Below, one piece after another: positions 37,268 to 51,100 of a DNA stretch of 64,000 nt; position 1 is the stretch's first letter; the number at the start of each line of letters is the position of its first letter. A program made the translations under genes and the position numbers. The notes under the pieces are model-generated. The model had not been told where the DNA came from. It worked only from the letters and a program-made list of their open reading frames with translations, and made no database searches. The DNA lies in contig NC_083240.1 in NCBI RefSeq assembly GCF_032191835.1, positions 33,728,001 to 33,792,000 of the forward strand, read 5' to 3'. Source of the DNA: Heteronotia binoei. Taxonomy: Eukaryota.

Positions 37268-37401
37268 TGGAACAAAGAGGAGACCAGAAGAAAGCGATCC
37301 TGGAGCGTCAAGGCAGAGCACAACTTCTCCTTCATGGTGGGCCCCAGCAAAGTCCATTTCTGCTTAACGTAAGACTGCCATTTTTCCATAGGCAGGTCCA
37401 T
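37268..37401 (-). CDS. SMYD4: SMYD4 first coding exon (MDLPMEKWQSYVKQKW...); exon including UTR is 37268-37434
   Basis: MDLP..W.SY..QKW start; 134 coding nt; acceptor at 37435-37436. Spliced CDS 2406 nt = 801 aa. Confidence 0.93.
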
Positions 37402-38994
37402 GATAAGCCAGAGAGCAAGGGAGGAATCATTCACCTGCGAGAGTATGAGTCTGGATTTGTCAGTCATTCAGAAAAGTGCAATGTGTTTGTGTAAGAGACG
37501 GGGAAGGGGGAAAGAGGTCAAGGTGATCATTTTAAAAAATATATACGTTTGGGATATTTTCAGCATGATAAGAGGGAGTGTTCCCTCTAAGCAGTGTATG
37601 TGCAGTGTTCCCTCTAAGCTCAGTTAGTATGTATTAGCTCACAGTTTTTAGCCTCTGGCTCACATAGTTTTGTCTTAGCTCAGGAAAAAAGGCCCCAGAG
37701 CAAACTAATTTATGCAGTAACTCAGAACTTTAATGCTAGTAGCTCACAAAGTAGAATTTTTGCTCACAAGACTCCATAGCTTACCGGGAGTATTGCAAAT
37801 GTGTATTTCATTTTTTGCTTTAAGTGACTGTCTTGCCACAAACACAGAGACTGCATCTACATGGCACTGATTCTCCATGTTGTTTTTACTGCATCTGAAG
37901 AGGACTCTGGATGAGGAATCCTTTCTCCAGTGCTGAAGTATTCTTGGAACTGTCGGTGAGGAGCGGCAGCAATTTGCTGTTGGCTCAGCCTCTGCTGCAA
38001 AAGCCTGCACAATCCAAACCCAGAACTTTATGCTGGGATGCAGAAGGAATAACATTGATCTGAGAAGGTAGAAAGGTCCCATGGCCTCTGGGCTTCTCAG
38101 CTGTTCTAGGTGAAAAAGGCCAGCTTGGAGCCTCTCCCAGTCCCACTTCCAAGCAGGAGCGGCACACAGGGGAAGGAAGATAGCACCATGGATTGGAGCA
38201 GCAGTGTAAGTTGCTCTGTGGGAAATCAGTGCTCCCAAGAGACAGAAATACACCGTTGGGAATCAAAACTGGTTCAAGTGAGTGGAAACACTTTCCTAGG
38301 CAGGAGGGAGCACTGGATGCAGAACTGGTCTGTTTTCCCCCAGAGGAGCAGCAGCAGGCAGCTAGTTGGCTGTGCCCATCCCCCAAGGCTTCTTTGGGCT
38401 ATTATTCCTTCATCACCCAAGAACTGCAAAGCAACAGAGTGGAAATGAAGGCAAGTGCCAACCTAGGCAGCAACATCTCCTGGCTGTCTTGTGCAGATGA
38501 GAAAGGGCTGTTGGCCAGAAGAGCAAGAAATAATGAGGCAAATTAGGAAGGGATGGCCTGCTGCACTTTCCTAGTTTACCTCCTTTAGAGCCTCTGTTCT
38601 TGTCACTCATGCTACCAAAGGGGTTTTTGCCAGCTTTTTCTTTAAAAAAAAAAAAAGGTAATTGCTCGTATTATACTATGTATTACTACATAATACATAT
38701 AACATAGCAGGGGTGGCCAAACTTGCTTAACATAAGAGTAACATAGAATAAATGTCAAATGTTGGAGAGCTGCAAGACAGGAAGAGAGGAAAACTGATGG
38801 GGAGGGAGAGGTGGAAAGCAACTTTAAATGCATTCTCCAAGCCTCCAGCTGGCTTGGAGAAGTGATTTAAAGAGAGAAATGCCTTCTTCTCCAAGCCAGC
38901 CGATGGGGCAGTGGTGGCTTCAAGAGCCACACAATGTGTGAAAGTCACATATGGCTCCCAAGCCACAATTTGGCCACCCCTTTTATATACATTA

Positions 38995-39297
38995 AGAGCC
39001 CCGTGGCGCAGTGTTAAAGCTGCAGTACTGCAGTCCTAAGCTCTGCTCACAACCTGAGTTCAATCCCCAGTGGAAGCTGGGTTTTCAGGTAGCCAGCTCA
39101 AGGTCGACTCAACCTTCCATCCTTCCGAGGTCGGTAAAATGAGTACCCAGCTTGCTGGGGGGGGGGGGGGGAGTGTAGATGACTGGGGAAGGCAATGGCA
39201 AACCACCCCGTAAAAAGTCTGCCGTGAAAACGTTGTGAAAGCAACGTCACCCCAGAGTCGGAAACAAATGGTGCTTGCACAGGGGACCTTTCCGTTC
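38995..39297 (+). mobile_element. Sauria SINE; other copies at 43341-43633(-) and 47779-48066(+)
   Basis: tRNA head GAGCCCCGTGGCGCAG; GGTAAAATGAGTACCCAG core; ACCTTT tail; 13-bp TSD TTTATATACATTA. Confidence 0.85.
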
Positions 39298-39801
39298 TTT
39301 ATATACATTATTATGCCATGTAATGCTTTGTATTATTACATAGCAGGGACGGCCAATCTTGCTTAACATAAGAACCATATTGATGTTTGAGAGCTGCAAG
39401 ACAAGAAGGAAGGGAGAAAGGAAAGCAAATAGATAGGGTTAGGTGGAAAGAAAGCAACTTTAAATGCATTCTCCAAACCGCTGGCTGGCTTGGCAAAGTT
39501 AAAGAAACATGCCTTTTCCAAGCTGGCCGATGGGGTGCTGGCGGTTTCGAGAGCCAGCCATACAATATGTGTGAAAGAGCCACAGTTGGACCACCCCTGG
39601 TATATAGTAATACATTAAGAAGGCATTGCTACGGAGGGGGGGACACACAAAGACATTTCCCCCTCCCTCTATGGCATTTGCACCTTTGAGGGGGCAGCTG
39701 AGGGCCGCAAAATCCTCGAGCAGAAACCACCGTTAAGCATTATAACCAGCAGCGTTTCTGAGCATACACAAAGCTCTCCGCTCCCCTCCCCCTTTCCTCA
39801 C

Positions 39802-39870
39802 CGAGCCGGGAAAGCGCCTTGCGCCGGCCTCGTCTGTCGGAACTGCGCATGCTCAAACCGTCCCTTAGCC
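39802..39870 (-). other. SMYD4: Probable SMYD4 non-coding exon 1 (5' end approximate)
   Basis: Minus-strand donor G|GTGAG (CTCAC at 39797-39801) inside the CpG island; head-to-head position relative to RPA1. Confidence 0.5.
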
Positions 39871-39986
39871 CACGGATTTCCCGCCCATCTCTTCCCGCGC
39901 GCGTGACGTGACGACGGTGTTGCGCGGGGCGGGGCCTCTTGGCTGCTTGGCGCGCGGGAAAGGCCGGGGAAGGAGTTGTCGTCAGC

Positions 39987-40019
39987 ATGGCGGTCCGCCT
40001 GAGCGAGGGGGCGATTGCG
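39987..40019 (+). CDS. RPA1: RPA1 exon 1 coding (MAVRLSEGAIA)
   Basis: gcATGG Kozak; LSEGAI motif; donor GTGAGC at 40020. Confidence 0.92.
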
Positions 40020-41342
40020 GTGAGCCTAAGGGGACGGGCAGGGGTGGGGGAGGTGTGTGTGGCCTGTCAGTGTCCGGTACGGTTCCGTGAAGGGAAAAGA
40101 GGACGTGGCCTCTCTCAGGGAAGCTTCTTCGCTTTAAAACAAAAGTCCTCCGTAAAGAGAAAAGTCGCTCGGCGTGAAGAAGGCCCCTCTTGCCTCACGG
40201 CGGATGTAGCATGACGGGGCAGTCCAGAATTAGCGCCTCCAGTCAGTCTTCAGCGGGGTCCTGCACCCCGTTCGCGCTTTATTCTGTTGCCCCAGGCCTG
40301 ACGTGGAGGGAAAAGTTCGGATTTTGCTGCTTTATTGCTTGTCGTAATAGTATTGCCCAGAGCTTTGGGTCTGCATGATGCTCAGTGGCCGCTCCCCACA
40401 GGTTCCTGCTTCCACATAATATATGTAGATTATATGTATATTATGCATATACATACGTACATACATATATACATACATACACACACACACTGTGGTTAAT
40501 AGCCACTGATGGACTTCTGCTCCATATTTTTTATCTAACCCCCTCTTGAAGCTGGCTATGCTTGTAGCCGCCGCTGCCTGTGGCAGTGAATTCCACATGC
40601 GGTGGGAGTGAAGAGTTCCGGGGTGTTTGCATCTACCTGTTGCAAAAAACCTAAGGCAGGGATGGCCAGACTCGCTTAACATCAGAGGCACACAGGGACG
40701 GTGGCTCAGTGGTAGAGCATCTGCTTGGGAAGCAGAAGGTCCCAGGTTCAATCCCCGGCATCTCCACTAAAAAAGGGTCCAGGCAAATAGGTGTGAAAAA
40801 CCTCAGCTTGAGACCCCGGAGAGCCGCTGCCAGTCTGAGAAGACAGTACTGACTTTGATGGACCAAGGGTCTGATTCAGTATAAGGCAGCTTCATATGTT
40901 CACAGATGTCAGATGTTTGAGAACCGGAAGACATGGACATCAGGTGTTTGAGAGCGGGAAGGAAGGAAAGCAAATAGATAGGATGAGAGAGGGGGAAATA
41001 AAGCAACTTTAATTTTAAATGCCTTCTCCAAGCCGCTGGCTTGGAGATGTGGTTTAAAGAGACAAATATCTTCTCTGGTGGGCCTTCAAGAGCCACACAA
41101 TATGTGGTGAAAGAGCCACATGTGGCTCTTGAGCCACAGTTTGGCCATCCTGGCCTAGGGAGACACAAGGAAAATGGATGTTTTTAAAGGGCTGTAGATT
41201 TGTGCCTCTAGTAGTAGGTTGCTTATACCCTGCCTTTTTTTGCTGAAACCCATGGTGGATTACAAAGTGTAGTAATACATTAGAAACAGTAAAAGGCGTA
41301 TAATAGATTCAGATGAGTAGCCTGTGTTGACCTGAAACAGCA

Positions 41343-41514
41343 GAACAAAGTTAGAGTCCGGTGGCACCTTTAAGGCCAACAAAGTTTTATTCAAGGTAGA
41401 ACCTTTTGTGTGCACGCAGCCTTGTATCTGAAGAAGTGTGCATGCACACAAAAGCTTATGTATAGAATAAAACTTTGTTGGCCTTAAAGGTGCCACTGGA
41501 CTTTAACTTTGTTC
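41343..41514. repeat. Penelope-type inverted repeat (50-bp arms, 48/50) enclosing a hammerhead-like motif; related remnants at ~108-530, 1640-2370, 2790-2880, 3900-3995, 4180-4260, 25720-25790, 26370-26450, 36040-36120, 57700-57780
   Basis: Arms 41343-41392 and 41465-41514; CTGAAGA-A-GTGTGC-AT-GCACAC-AAAA-GC at 41428-41455. Confidence 0.7.
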
Positions 41515-41584
41515 AGATGTATAATTAACATTGAATCCAGACAAAACAAAGACCACGCTGACTGGGAAGGCTAATAGTCTAGAG

Positions 41585-41876
41585 CAGGGTTGGCCAAACT
41601 GTGGCTTGGAAGCCACATGTGGCTCTTTCATACACATTGTATGGCTCTCAAAGCCTCCACTGCCTCGTTGGCCAGCATGGAGAAGGCATTTGTCTCTTTA
41701 AATCACTTTGCCAAGCCAGCCAGCAGCTTGGAGAATGCATTTAAAGTTGCTTTCTTTCCACCCTTCTCTCTTCCATCCTGCGGCTCTCAAATATCTGACA
41801 TTCATATCTTGCAGCTCCCAAACATCTGGCATTTATTCTATGTGGCTCTTACGTTAAGCAAGTTTGGCCTCCCCTG
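41585..41876. mobile_element. hAT MITE family CAGGGGTGGCCAAAC; other copies at 38708-38982, 39344-39599, 40657-41152 (with a nested SINE); short relative at 53316-53424
   Basis: TIRs and partly decayed 8-bp TSDs of the N(T/C)TAGAN type. Confidence 0.8.
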
Positions 41877-42128
41877 TACTAGAGGGACTGAATGCATTGG
41901 TCCTAGATGGAGTGGTGTTGGCTTTTTCAGAGCAGGTTTAAGGGGCTGGAGGTGCTCAGGGACCCTGCCTTGCTGTTTGAGAAGCAGGTTGACATGATGG
42001 CCAGAAGGGAGCGCCTTCTATCAGCAGCATCTGATTCACCAGCTCTCATTTTACCTAGATTGAGTTGATCTGGCCACACTAATCCATGTTTCTTAACCTC
42101 ATGGTTTCACTACTGCAGCATGCTCTAA

Positions 42129-42263
42129 NNNNNNNNNNNNNNNNNNNNNNNNNNNNNNNNNNNNNNNNNNNNNNNNNNNNNNNNNNNNNNNNNNNNNNNN
42201 NNNNNNNNNNNNNNNNNNNNNNNNNNNNNNNNNNNNNNNNNNNNNNNNNNNNNNNNNNNNNNN
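42129..42263. other. Assembly gap (135 N)
   Basis: N run in the sequence. Confidence 1.
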
Positions 42264-43203
42264 TATTCTGCCTTCCACTCCGAATTTCAGAGTCTCAGAG
42301 CGGCTCACAATCTCCTTTACCTTCCTCCCCACCCCACAACAGACACCCTACGAGGTAAGTGGGGCTGAGAGAGCTCTCCCCAGAAGCTGTCCTTTCAAGG
42401 ACAAGCTCTGTGAGAGGTCTCTGTGACTGATCCAAGACCATTCCAGCAGCTACAAGCGGGGGAGGGGGGAATCAAACCTGGTTCTCCCAGATGAGAGTCC
42501 GCACACTTAACCATCATACCAAATAAAGTGCACAATTGTATCATCCTGAAACCATCGCCTGCCCCCCCTCCGGTCTGTGGAAAAATTCTCTTCCGCAAAA
42601 CCAGTCCCTGGTGCCAGAAAGGTTGGGGACCACTGCCCGTGACGATTTGGAAACTACAACTAATCCAGAATGTAGCAGCGTGACTGCTGTCAGGGGCTAG
42701 CTGCTGGGCATATACATTGCCCATTTGGAAACAGCTACATTGGCTGCCAGTCTGTTTCTGAGTTCAGTTCAAGGTGCTGCTTATGACCTTGAAGCCCTTC
42801 CTGTCCTGGGATCCTATATTTGAAGGACCATCTCTTCCCATATGTTCCTGGGCATCAGCTATGGTTGTCAAGACATACATCTGTTGGCTAGCTCACTGCT
42901 TAGGGTGGTCCATCAGACATCATCCAGAGCCTGGGTCTTTTCCATCGTGGCTTTGGCTCTGTGGAATGGGCCCCCTGAAGAGGTGAGGGTAGCCCCTCCC
43001 TGAATATCTTCAGAAGATGCTGCAAAGCCCTTCTTGTCTGCCAGGGCTTTTGAGGAGATGTCACAAGACTCCTGCTTGTTTTTAAAATGAAAACTGGATT
43101 CTACTTTAAAAAAAAAAATCTCAGAACTTTCATGCTGCAGTGTGACATTCTTTGCTCAAACAAATCAACCAACTTTATCTCTTTCTCTCCCCCCCCTTTA
43201 CAG

Positions 43204-43251
43204 GCCATTATGCAAGGAGAGAATTTTGGGAATCCCATCTTGCAACTTATT
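43204..43251 (+). CDS. RPA1: RPA1 exon 2 (AIMQGENFGNPILQLI)
   Basis: Polypyrimidine tract plus CAG; AIMQ...PILQ.I; donor GTGAGT. Confidence 0.9.
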
Positions 43252-44045
43252 GTGAGTATTTATTTATTTGTTAGTTCAGTTAGTACCTGCCCTCCCCACC
43301 AAGGCAGGCTTAGGGTGACTTACAAGAGCTGAACTGGCATAAAGGTAAAGGTAGTCCCCTGTGCAAGCACCAGTCGTTTTTGACTCTGGGGTGATGTTGC
43401 TTTCACAACGTTTTCATGGCAGACTTTTTACGGGGTGGTTTGCCATTGCCTTCCCCGGTCATCTACTTTCCCCCCTAGCAATCTGGATACTCATTTTACC
43501 GACCTCAGAAGGATGGAAGGCTGAGTCAACCTTGAGCCGGCTACCTGAACCAGCTCTCGCTGGGATCGAACTCAGGTCGTGAGCAGAGGGCTCCGACTGC
43601 AGTACTGCAGCTTTACCACTCTGCGCCATGGGGTTTATTGTTTACCATACATAGTTTACCATAAAACAATTCAAAACAATTTAAAACAGTAAAAACATCA
43701 TAAAGTGCTTTACGTGCAATGGCGAAATGCAGCAGTCCATGGTCGCCCATTACAGATAGGAGATCCAGTCAGTATTACCTGTTGCTGGTTTTTTGTCTCT
43801 CATTGCTTGGTAGTAGAAGAGGGACAAGTCTTAAGGTATAAGCCCACAATGTTGTCAGGTGGTGATCTGGGAGGAATCTTCAGTGAGCAGAGGGAGCTTT
43901 AAGAAGGCATACATATGACCAGGCATTTGTGCCTGAATATAAAATGTTGTTTTTCCTTCTGTGATGATAAGTAAGCTCTCCTTATTACACAGATTCCTGA
44001 AGTGTTCTTTGGAATTTTAGCTCAGAATGTCTGTTTTCTCCCTAG

Positions 44046-44124
44046 ACCATCCGTGCTATTGCAACTGGAAATGGCTTGCCACGTTACCGAATGCTCATGA
44101 GTGATGGAGTGAACATACTTTCTT
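44046..44124 (+). CDS. RPA1: RPA1 exon 3 (TIRAIATGNGLPRYRMLMSDGVNILS)
   Basis: 79 nt; PRYR.LMSDG motif of the RPA70N OB fold. Confidence 0.95.
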
Positions 44125-44194
44125 GTAAGCATTACTGTAAACATATTACAGGCATAGAGAGCCAGTTTGGTGTTGTGGTTAAGTGCGCAGACTT

Positions 44195-44902
<708 letters not shown>

Positions 44903-46762
44903 GTGCGCAGACTTATCTGGGAGAACTGGGTTTGCTTCCCCACTCCTACTTACAGCTACTGGAATGGCCTTGGGTCAGCCACAGCTCTCGCAGTTGTCCT
45001 TGAAAGGGCAGCTGCTGTAAAAGCTCTCTCAGCCCCACCTACACAGGTGTCTGTTGTGGGGGTGGGGGGTGGTAAAGGAGATTGTGACCACTCTGAAATT
45101 TAGAATATAGGGCGGGATATAAATCCAATATCATCTTAAATACTATCAGAAGCACTTTTTGGAGATCAGCAGTGATTGTAGAAGAGGGGGAAATGATGTA
45201 GCTCGCTGGTAGATACGATTGATATTGTTGCCCAGAGTACCTTTCTGGAATGTCTTGCAGGCTTGGTACTAAGACTACTGCTCAGCAGTGATTCTGTTCT
45301 TTCCTGGAAGAGAGATTCTGAATGGTATCACTGGAGGACTAAAGTTCTTGTTGGTATTTATTTAGTGTATATATTAATCATGTTACAATTTTTTAAAGTT
45401 TTCAGAATAATTGGCAACATGGAACAATCTGTTATTACTCCCAGTGTTCCCTGTATTTGAGAGCAAGTAGGTTTATAAATAATGGCTTGTGCAGGATTGG
45501 ATGGCTGTTGTGCAGACAGGGAGAACTTGCTCTTCAAGCTTCCAAACAAACAGCCTGCAGCCTTTCCTTGGCAGCCTCAGATGGAATAAATATGTACTGT
45601 AGAATTCCTCAGAGTTTCAGCCTGTTCCCCATGATATTTAACATCTGTGTAAAGCTAGGTGGTGTCATCAGGAGGCATGGACTGTGGGGCCATCAGTATG
45701 TTGATGACACCCCTCCCCTGGATCTCCTTTTCATCTCAGCTAGTATCGAGACAGTAAAGAACTGAATGAGGATAAATCAATTGGAGCACAGTGTAGAATA
45801 CAGGTGATGTTGGTGGGCAGATCAAGACCCTGTCAGTGGAAGGAGGAGTTGGAGTTGAAGTTTATGTTCTTCCTGAAAATAATATTGAAGAAGATGATGA
45901 TATTGGATTTATATCCCACCCTGTACTCAGTCTCAGAGCGGTCACAATCTCCTTTACCTCCCCCCCCCCACGAGAGCTATGGCTGACCCAAGGCCATTCC
46001 AGCAGCTGCAGGAGTGGGGAATCAAACCAGGTTCTCCCAGATAAGAGTCCATGCACTTAACCACTACACCAAACTGGCTTCTGCTGGATCCTGCATTGCT
46101 TTTGGCAGAAATTGACCAAGTGTGCTCTTTACCAGCATAAATAATTTGCTAGCTGCACCCATTATTAGAAAAGAATGACTTGCTACCACCCTCTGTGCCT
46201 TTGTGATTGCAGTATTCTTTCTGCATGGCACTTCCTGAACATGTATATGGATCCAAAACTATATGTTTGTTCGACCTAGCTCCTGGAACGTCTAAAATTT
46301 GCATAGAGTTGCAATAATAATCACAGCTTTCAGCTGTGAGACTTACTTGAATGATGAAAACTGATGTGATCTTTCCATAGTTACTGCTTATGCTTCAAAT
46401 GAAGGCCAGTTCCCCCCCTCTCCCCCCCATATAGTTTCACAGCTAATGATTTTTGTGAAAGCAGCATAATCTTAGAGGGTAATTTCTGAGCAGTCCTGGG
46501 TAGTGCCACCGAAAAATCATTGTGGAGCAGTCCCACACCCTCAATAAAGGAAAGCAAGGTGATCTATCAAACTAATCACCACTGTACTTGTCAGTTAGAA
46601 TTGAAAGATGATATATCTTGATTATCTCATGCATGATCTCTGCTTGATGAAATATGGCTTTTTCCTGAAAACTTATCATATATGGCCTTTTTCCAGTTCT
46701 GCCCCTTTGACCTTTCCATGTCCGTTCTGAGCATTTTCCCCTGCTTCTGTTTTGTTGTGCAG

Positions 46763-46871
46763 CTTTCATGCTGGCAACGCAGCTGAACTCTCTTGTTGAC
46801 CAGGGACGCTTGGCTGCACATGCCATCTGCAAGATCAACCGGTTTATCGTTAACGTCTTGAAGGATGGAAG
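46763..46871 (+). CDS. RPA1: RPA1 exon 4 ([36 protein letters not shown])
   Basis: 109 nt; FMLATQLN and RFIVN.LKDGR motifs. Confidence 0.96.
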
Positions 46872-49800
46872 GTAATTGATTGTTCTGCAGTGTGTTCACA
46901 CTGCTTTTTAGAAGTTGTCACATGACTCATGACTGTAATTTAATCCAGTTTCCTACAGATGGCCCTTTGGGACTGCGGCTGGAAATGTTTTTTCTTCCCT
47001 TGTAGATGCAGTGGTGGGGCATGGAGTGGTCTGGGATGAAGGTACTTTCCTCAGATTTCTCTTCTAGGCTTTTACAACCCTAGGATTTTTCCTACCTGTT
47101 ATCTTAAGAATTTTCCTATCTTGAAGTTGAATCAGGCAGACTGGTGAGATGACACAAGCTGTTAGGTAGAGATTCTATGTCAGTTTCTTTCCTTGATTCA
47201 TTTGATCAAGCTATTAGAGGGGAATGGGCCATTCTTGTTGTTGTTCAGTTGCACAGTCGAGTCTGACTCTTTGCAACCCCATGGACAAAGTCACACCAGG
47301 CCCTCCTGTCTTCCACCATCCTCCTTCCACCATCGGAGGATGGTGGGCCATTCCAGATGGTGGTAAAAACATGGTGACTGTATCAAAAGAAGAACTGTTC
47401 TCTAACCTTCTAATACTGTGGATGTTCTTAAAATGCTGTTAGTGGATGCCTTAATCCTAGGGGCCATTTTCCCAGAGGATGGTGCTAATGCCTTAAAAAA
47501 ATAAAAGGAATGAATTATCTCTGAAACAAGCACATAAAGTAGGTATGACAAGAACACAAACATTTGCTTCAAGCATACAGCTCACTTGAAATGTCCTTTT
47601 TGTCTTCTGTTTGGGGAAAGAAAGTTTCTAAGTCAGTTTAAGGCTAAACTCTTCTGAGCATATGAAATTCAGAACCCCCAGCTTTCACACATTCTACCAG
47701 CTGCTACTTCAGCTGGCTGTTCCTCAGCTGCTTCCTTAGAGGAAATTTTTAGGGTGGCTACCTGGGAATTGGCCTCATTCCTGTGGCGCAGAGTGTTAAA
47801 GCTGCAGTCCTAAGCTCTGCTCATGACCTGAGTTTGGTCCCCGGCGGAAGCTGGGTTTTCAGGTAGCCTGCTTGAGGTTGACAGCCTTCCATCGTTCCGA
47901 GGTCGGTAAAATGAGTACCCAGCTTGCTGGGGGGAAAGTGTAATGACCAGGGAAGGCAATGACAAACCAGCCCGTAAAAAGTCTGCCGTGAAAATGTGAA
48001 GGCAATGTCACCCCAGAGTCGGAAACGACTGGTGCTTGCACAGGGGACCTTTCCTTTCCTTCCTTTGTGAAGCACTGCAAGGTGGGTTCTTATGTGCTGA
48101 AGTTGCTTTTGGTAGACATCTGCCCCAGTGGTCCCCTAATAACTCCTACTCAGGATGGCACAGCTCTTCATCATTCATCTTAAGCGTACCTTCCTCAACT
48201 ACTGGCCAATGAAACGTTGAACTCAGTGTGAGGGTTTTTTCTCTCAGTGCACTGGAAAGCATTTTTTGCCATTTAACTGTGAATTTGGCATTATAGGATT
48301 TAAGACATATTACAAATACATCTTTGGTGCCTTTCTGCATTGTATTTCTTATGGTTCAGTAACCTTTGTCAGTGTTTTATCTGCTGTTAACACTTCTGTT
48401 AAAATTCTACTACATTAATATCTTTAGTAAGTACACTTTCCCCCCTCAATGTTGCTACTGTGGTAGCTTTGTAAGCCATGAACTGGGAGTCTACCTCCAA
48501 TTGGTTCTGTAAGTTTTCATAAATAATTTGTATAAGCCTTTTCTGTGGAGTGAAGAGGGGGCATAGCCCTTTCACTGATACCCTCCAGTCCACTGATGAG
48601 GAGAGTCTAATGTTTCATTCTGTCTGAACTGGAAGATGAAATGCCCATGTTATCAAAGTAAAGTCATATTTATAATTAGAATGCTGAACCAGTTGCAGAG
48701 ATTGTGCGGTGGTTCCTACACATAAAGTAAGTGCAGAAGGTCACACAAATGGATTCTGGTCCCACTGGTGGACCTCCTGATGGCACTTGGGTTTTTTGGC
48801 CACTATGTGACATAGAGTGTTGGATTGGATGGGCCATTGGCCTGATCCAACATGGCTTCTCTTATGTTCTTATGTTCAGTGCTTGAGACCTGGATTGCCA
48901 TTCCCTTACTTCCCTGTATTGAGCCATAATAAAGGCATGGACTACCGTGCTATGTGATGACTGACCAAGTTGTTTTCCAGGTAGTGTTTTCTTTACAAGG
49001 AAAAGCAGGCTTTCATAAGCAGATCCTTTCAGGTTTAAGAGATTAAACTATGTGTTAAGTTTAGGTTTTGTTGTAAATCAGCTTATTTTAAAAAAGGAAT
49101 CTTAGACCCAGAACTTTAAAAAATGATTTCTCTTTAACATCTTGATTTTTAAAAAATGCAGCTATTTGTGTCCACTCTAGGTTAGCAATCTCAGTTGTGT
49201 TTCCTGCTTGAAGCACAGCATATTCTAGATTCAGAAACCTTTTAAGGATCATCCCTTAGCCACTGACTTTGTGACAATTAGCCTTGAAGTAATTGAGGTT
49301 GTAGAAACCAGGGCAATATGTCCCTGGAGACATATATTTCCTCCTCTTGTCCCATATTCTCAAAGAAGTTCCAGGAGCTATATCATTATGAACTAATGAG
49401 TATCATTTTTTAATTTTGTTTGCCATAAGATATCTTCTAATAAAGTGGGAATAATTGCTGCTGATATGTTTGATCCCAAAAGAGGGTAGAACTGTCCCCC
49501 CCATGTTATTGTTTGAGACCATTGTGATAAAGTATAGTAAAGATATGTTTGGAATTGCTGTCTCCTTCCCTGCTTCTGATGTTTTTCTTTGTAATGTTTC
49601 AGCCTGGACTTGAAGATTCAAATTATTCCAAGTAAAGTTTAAACTAACTCTTCATTAATTTTGCAAGTTCAGTAATTTTTAGTGGGAGAGCCTGGAAGCT
49701 TGCATCTTAAATGCAGAAAGAAGTGTAACTAAATATTTCAAAGCAGTGATTGTGAGAAGTAACACTGAAAGCCACAGTGAGGCTGTTTGTAACCCTAAAT

Positions 49801-49989
49801 TGTTGACTGTTTTGCCATGCATCCTTGATTCTTTTGCTAAAATGTTCTCTCAAGAAATTATACTGGTGAGACCATTTTATCCAGTTCATTCTCTGCCATA
49901 CCCTAATTCTACATATTACAGCTGTGTGTGACTAAATTAACATGAAGAGGAAGGGTCTATAGTACCAGTACGTATTCCAGATAGACACC

Positions 49990-50780
49990 AGTGTTCCAAA
50001 AATCAGAAAATATGTATAAGCACAGATTAAACCACAAAATCTATACCAACATTAAACTATTTGGGCTATAGCAGTTAGCTGGGGATGTGAAATTGTCATA
50101 GTAATGCAGATGCAGAAAATTAGGGGAGATAATTATTTGTTGCAACTGCAGATTAATCAGACGCTAATGAAATTTTTAAAAATATCCTGCAAAATGCTGA
50201 CAGGATAATCAAAGGAATTATTTCACAATTGTACGGTATTTTGTTTGAAGAATCACAAGAACAAAGGCACTCTATATGGAAAAGTGGTTAAACTTGGAAA
50301 TAGGATGGGAGGATTGGCAGACAATTTGCTCAGATTTTTCCAGTTCTTTTAAATTTCTCAATTTTTGGTATGTAACTCTCCAAGTAAGAGAGAGGTATTA
50401 TTGTGGTCAGGCATTATGTTGGAAATGGTGTTCCAGAGTAGGTACATATTTTGTGTCTGGTAAACCAACATCAAAATGGAAAAATTTTGGAGAGCGATTC
50501 ATATTAATATTAAAAGGATTATTGGCTGTGATTTGTGTTTTAATCCAGTGACTATGCTGTTTGGATACATATGTGATGGAGGTATGACCTATGCTTATAG
50601 AAACATAATCAAGAATTTAATAGCAATTGTTTATCTTAACAATTGCGGTGGAAGAAACCAGTACCCCCAGCTGAGCATGAATGGGCCCAGCATGTTTGGG
50701 ATCTTAGAGTTATTAACAGACTGTCACATGACATAAGGACTCTGTAGGGGAGACAAAAAAGCGGGGGTCATTTCATGGGG
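49990..50780 (+). mobile_element. Old degenerate L1-like ORF2 3' fragment; limits approximate
   Basis: Broken frames read W..I..., CWKWC..VGTYF and FW..I...I..IIG...P...LFG, i.e. an ORF2 C-terminus. Confidence 0.65.
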
Positions 50781-51100
50781 GGATTGATGGCTTGTAAGCA
50801 GAAAAGCCTCTAAATTGGGGAAAACTCAACAAATAGAAGACAACATGTTATAACTAATGTTATAACAATTATGCTAGTTTATTATATGAACAGGCAACTA
50901 AATAGACAGGACTAGGGTTGCAAGCTGCAGCTATCCTCTCCCTAGAAGGAATTGGGTGGGAACAGGAGCTCTGGTGCATGATGTCACTTTTGACAAAAAA
51001 CAAACAAACCTGGAAGTGACTTCATTATATCAGGGACGCATTCTACAATTCACCCAAAGGCTACATGGTTAAACCATAGAATTTTGGACATATCCTAGAG

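Larger units (their letters stand above)
39690..40300. promoter_or_regulatory. CpG-island bidirectional promoter for SMYD4/RPA1
   Basis: CpG-dense and TATA-less. E2F-type sites TTTCCCGC 39877-39884, TTCCCGCGC 39892-39900 and TTGGCGCGCGGGAAA 39947-39961; GC box 39926-39935; TGACGT 39904-39909; NRF1-like TGCGCATGC 39844-39852. Confidence 0.85.
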
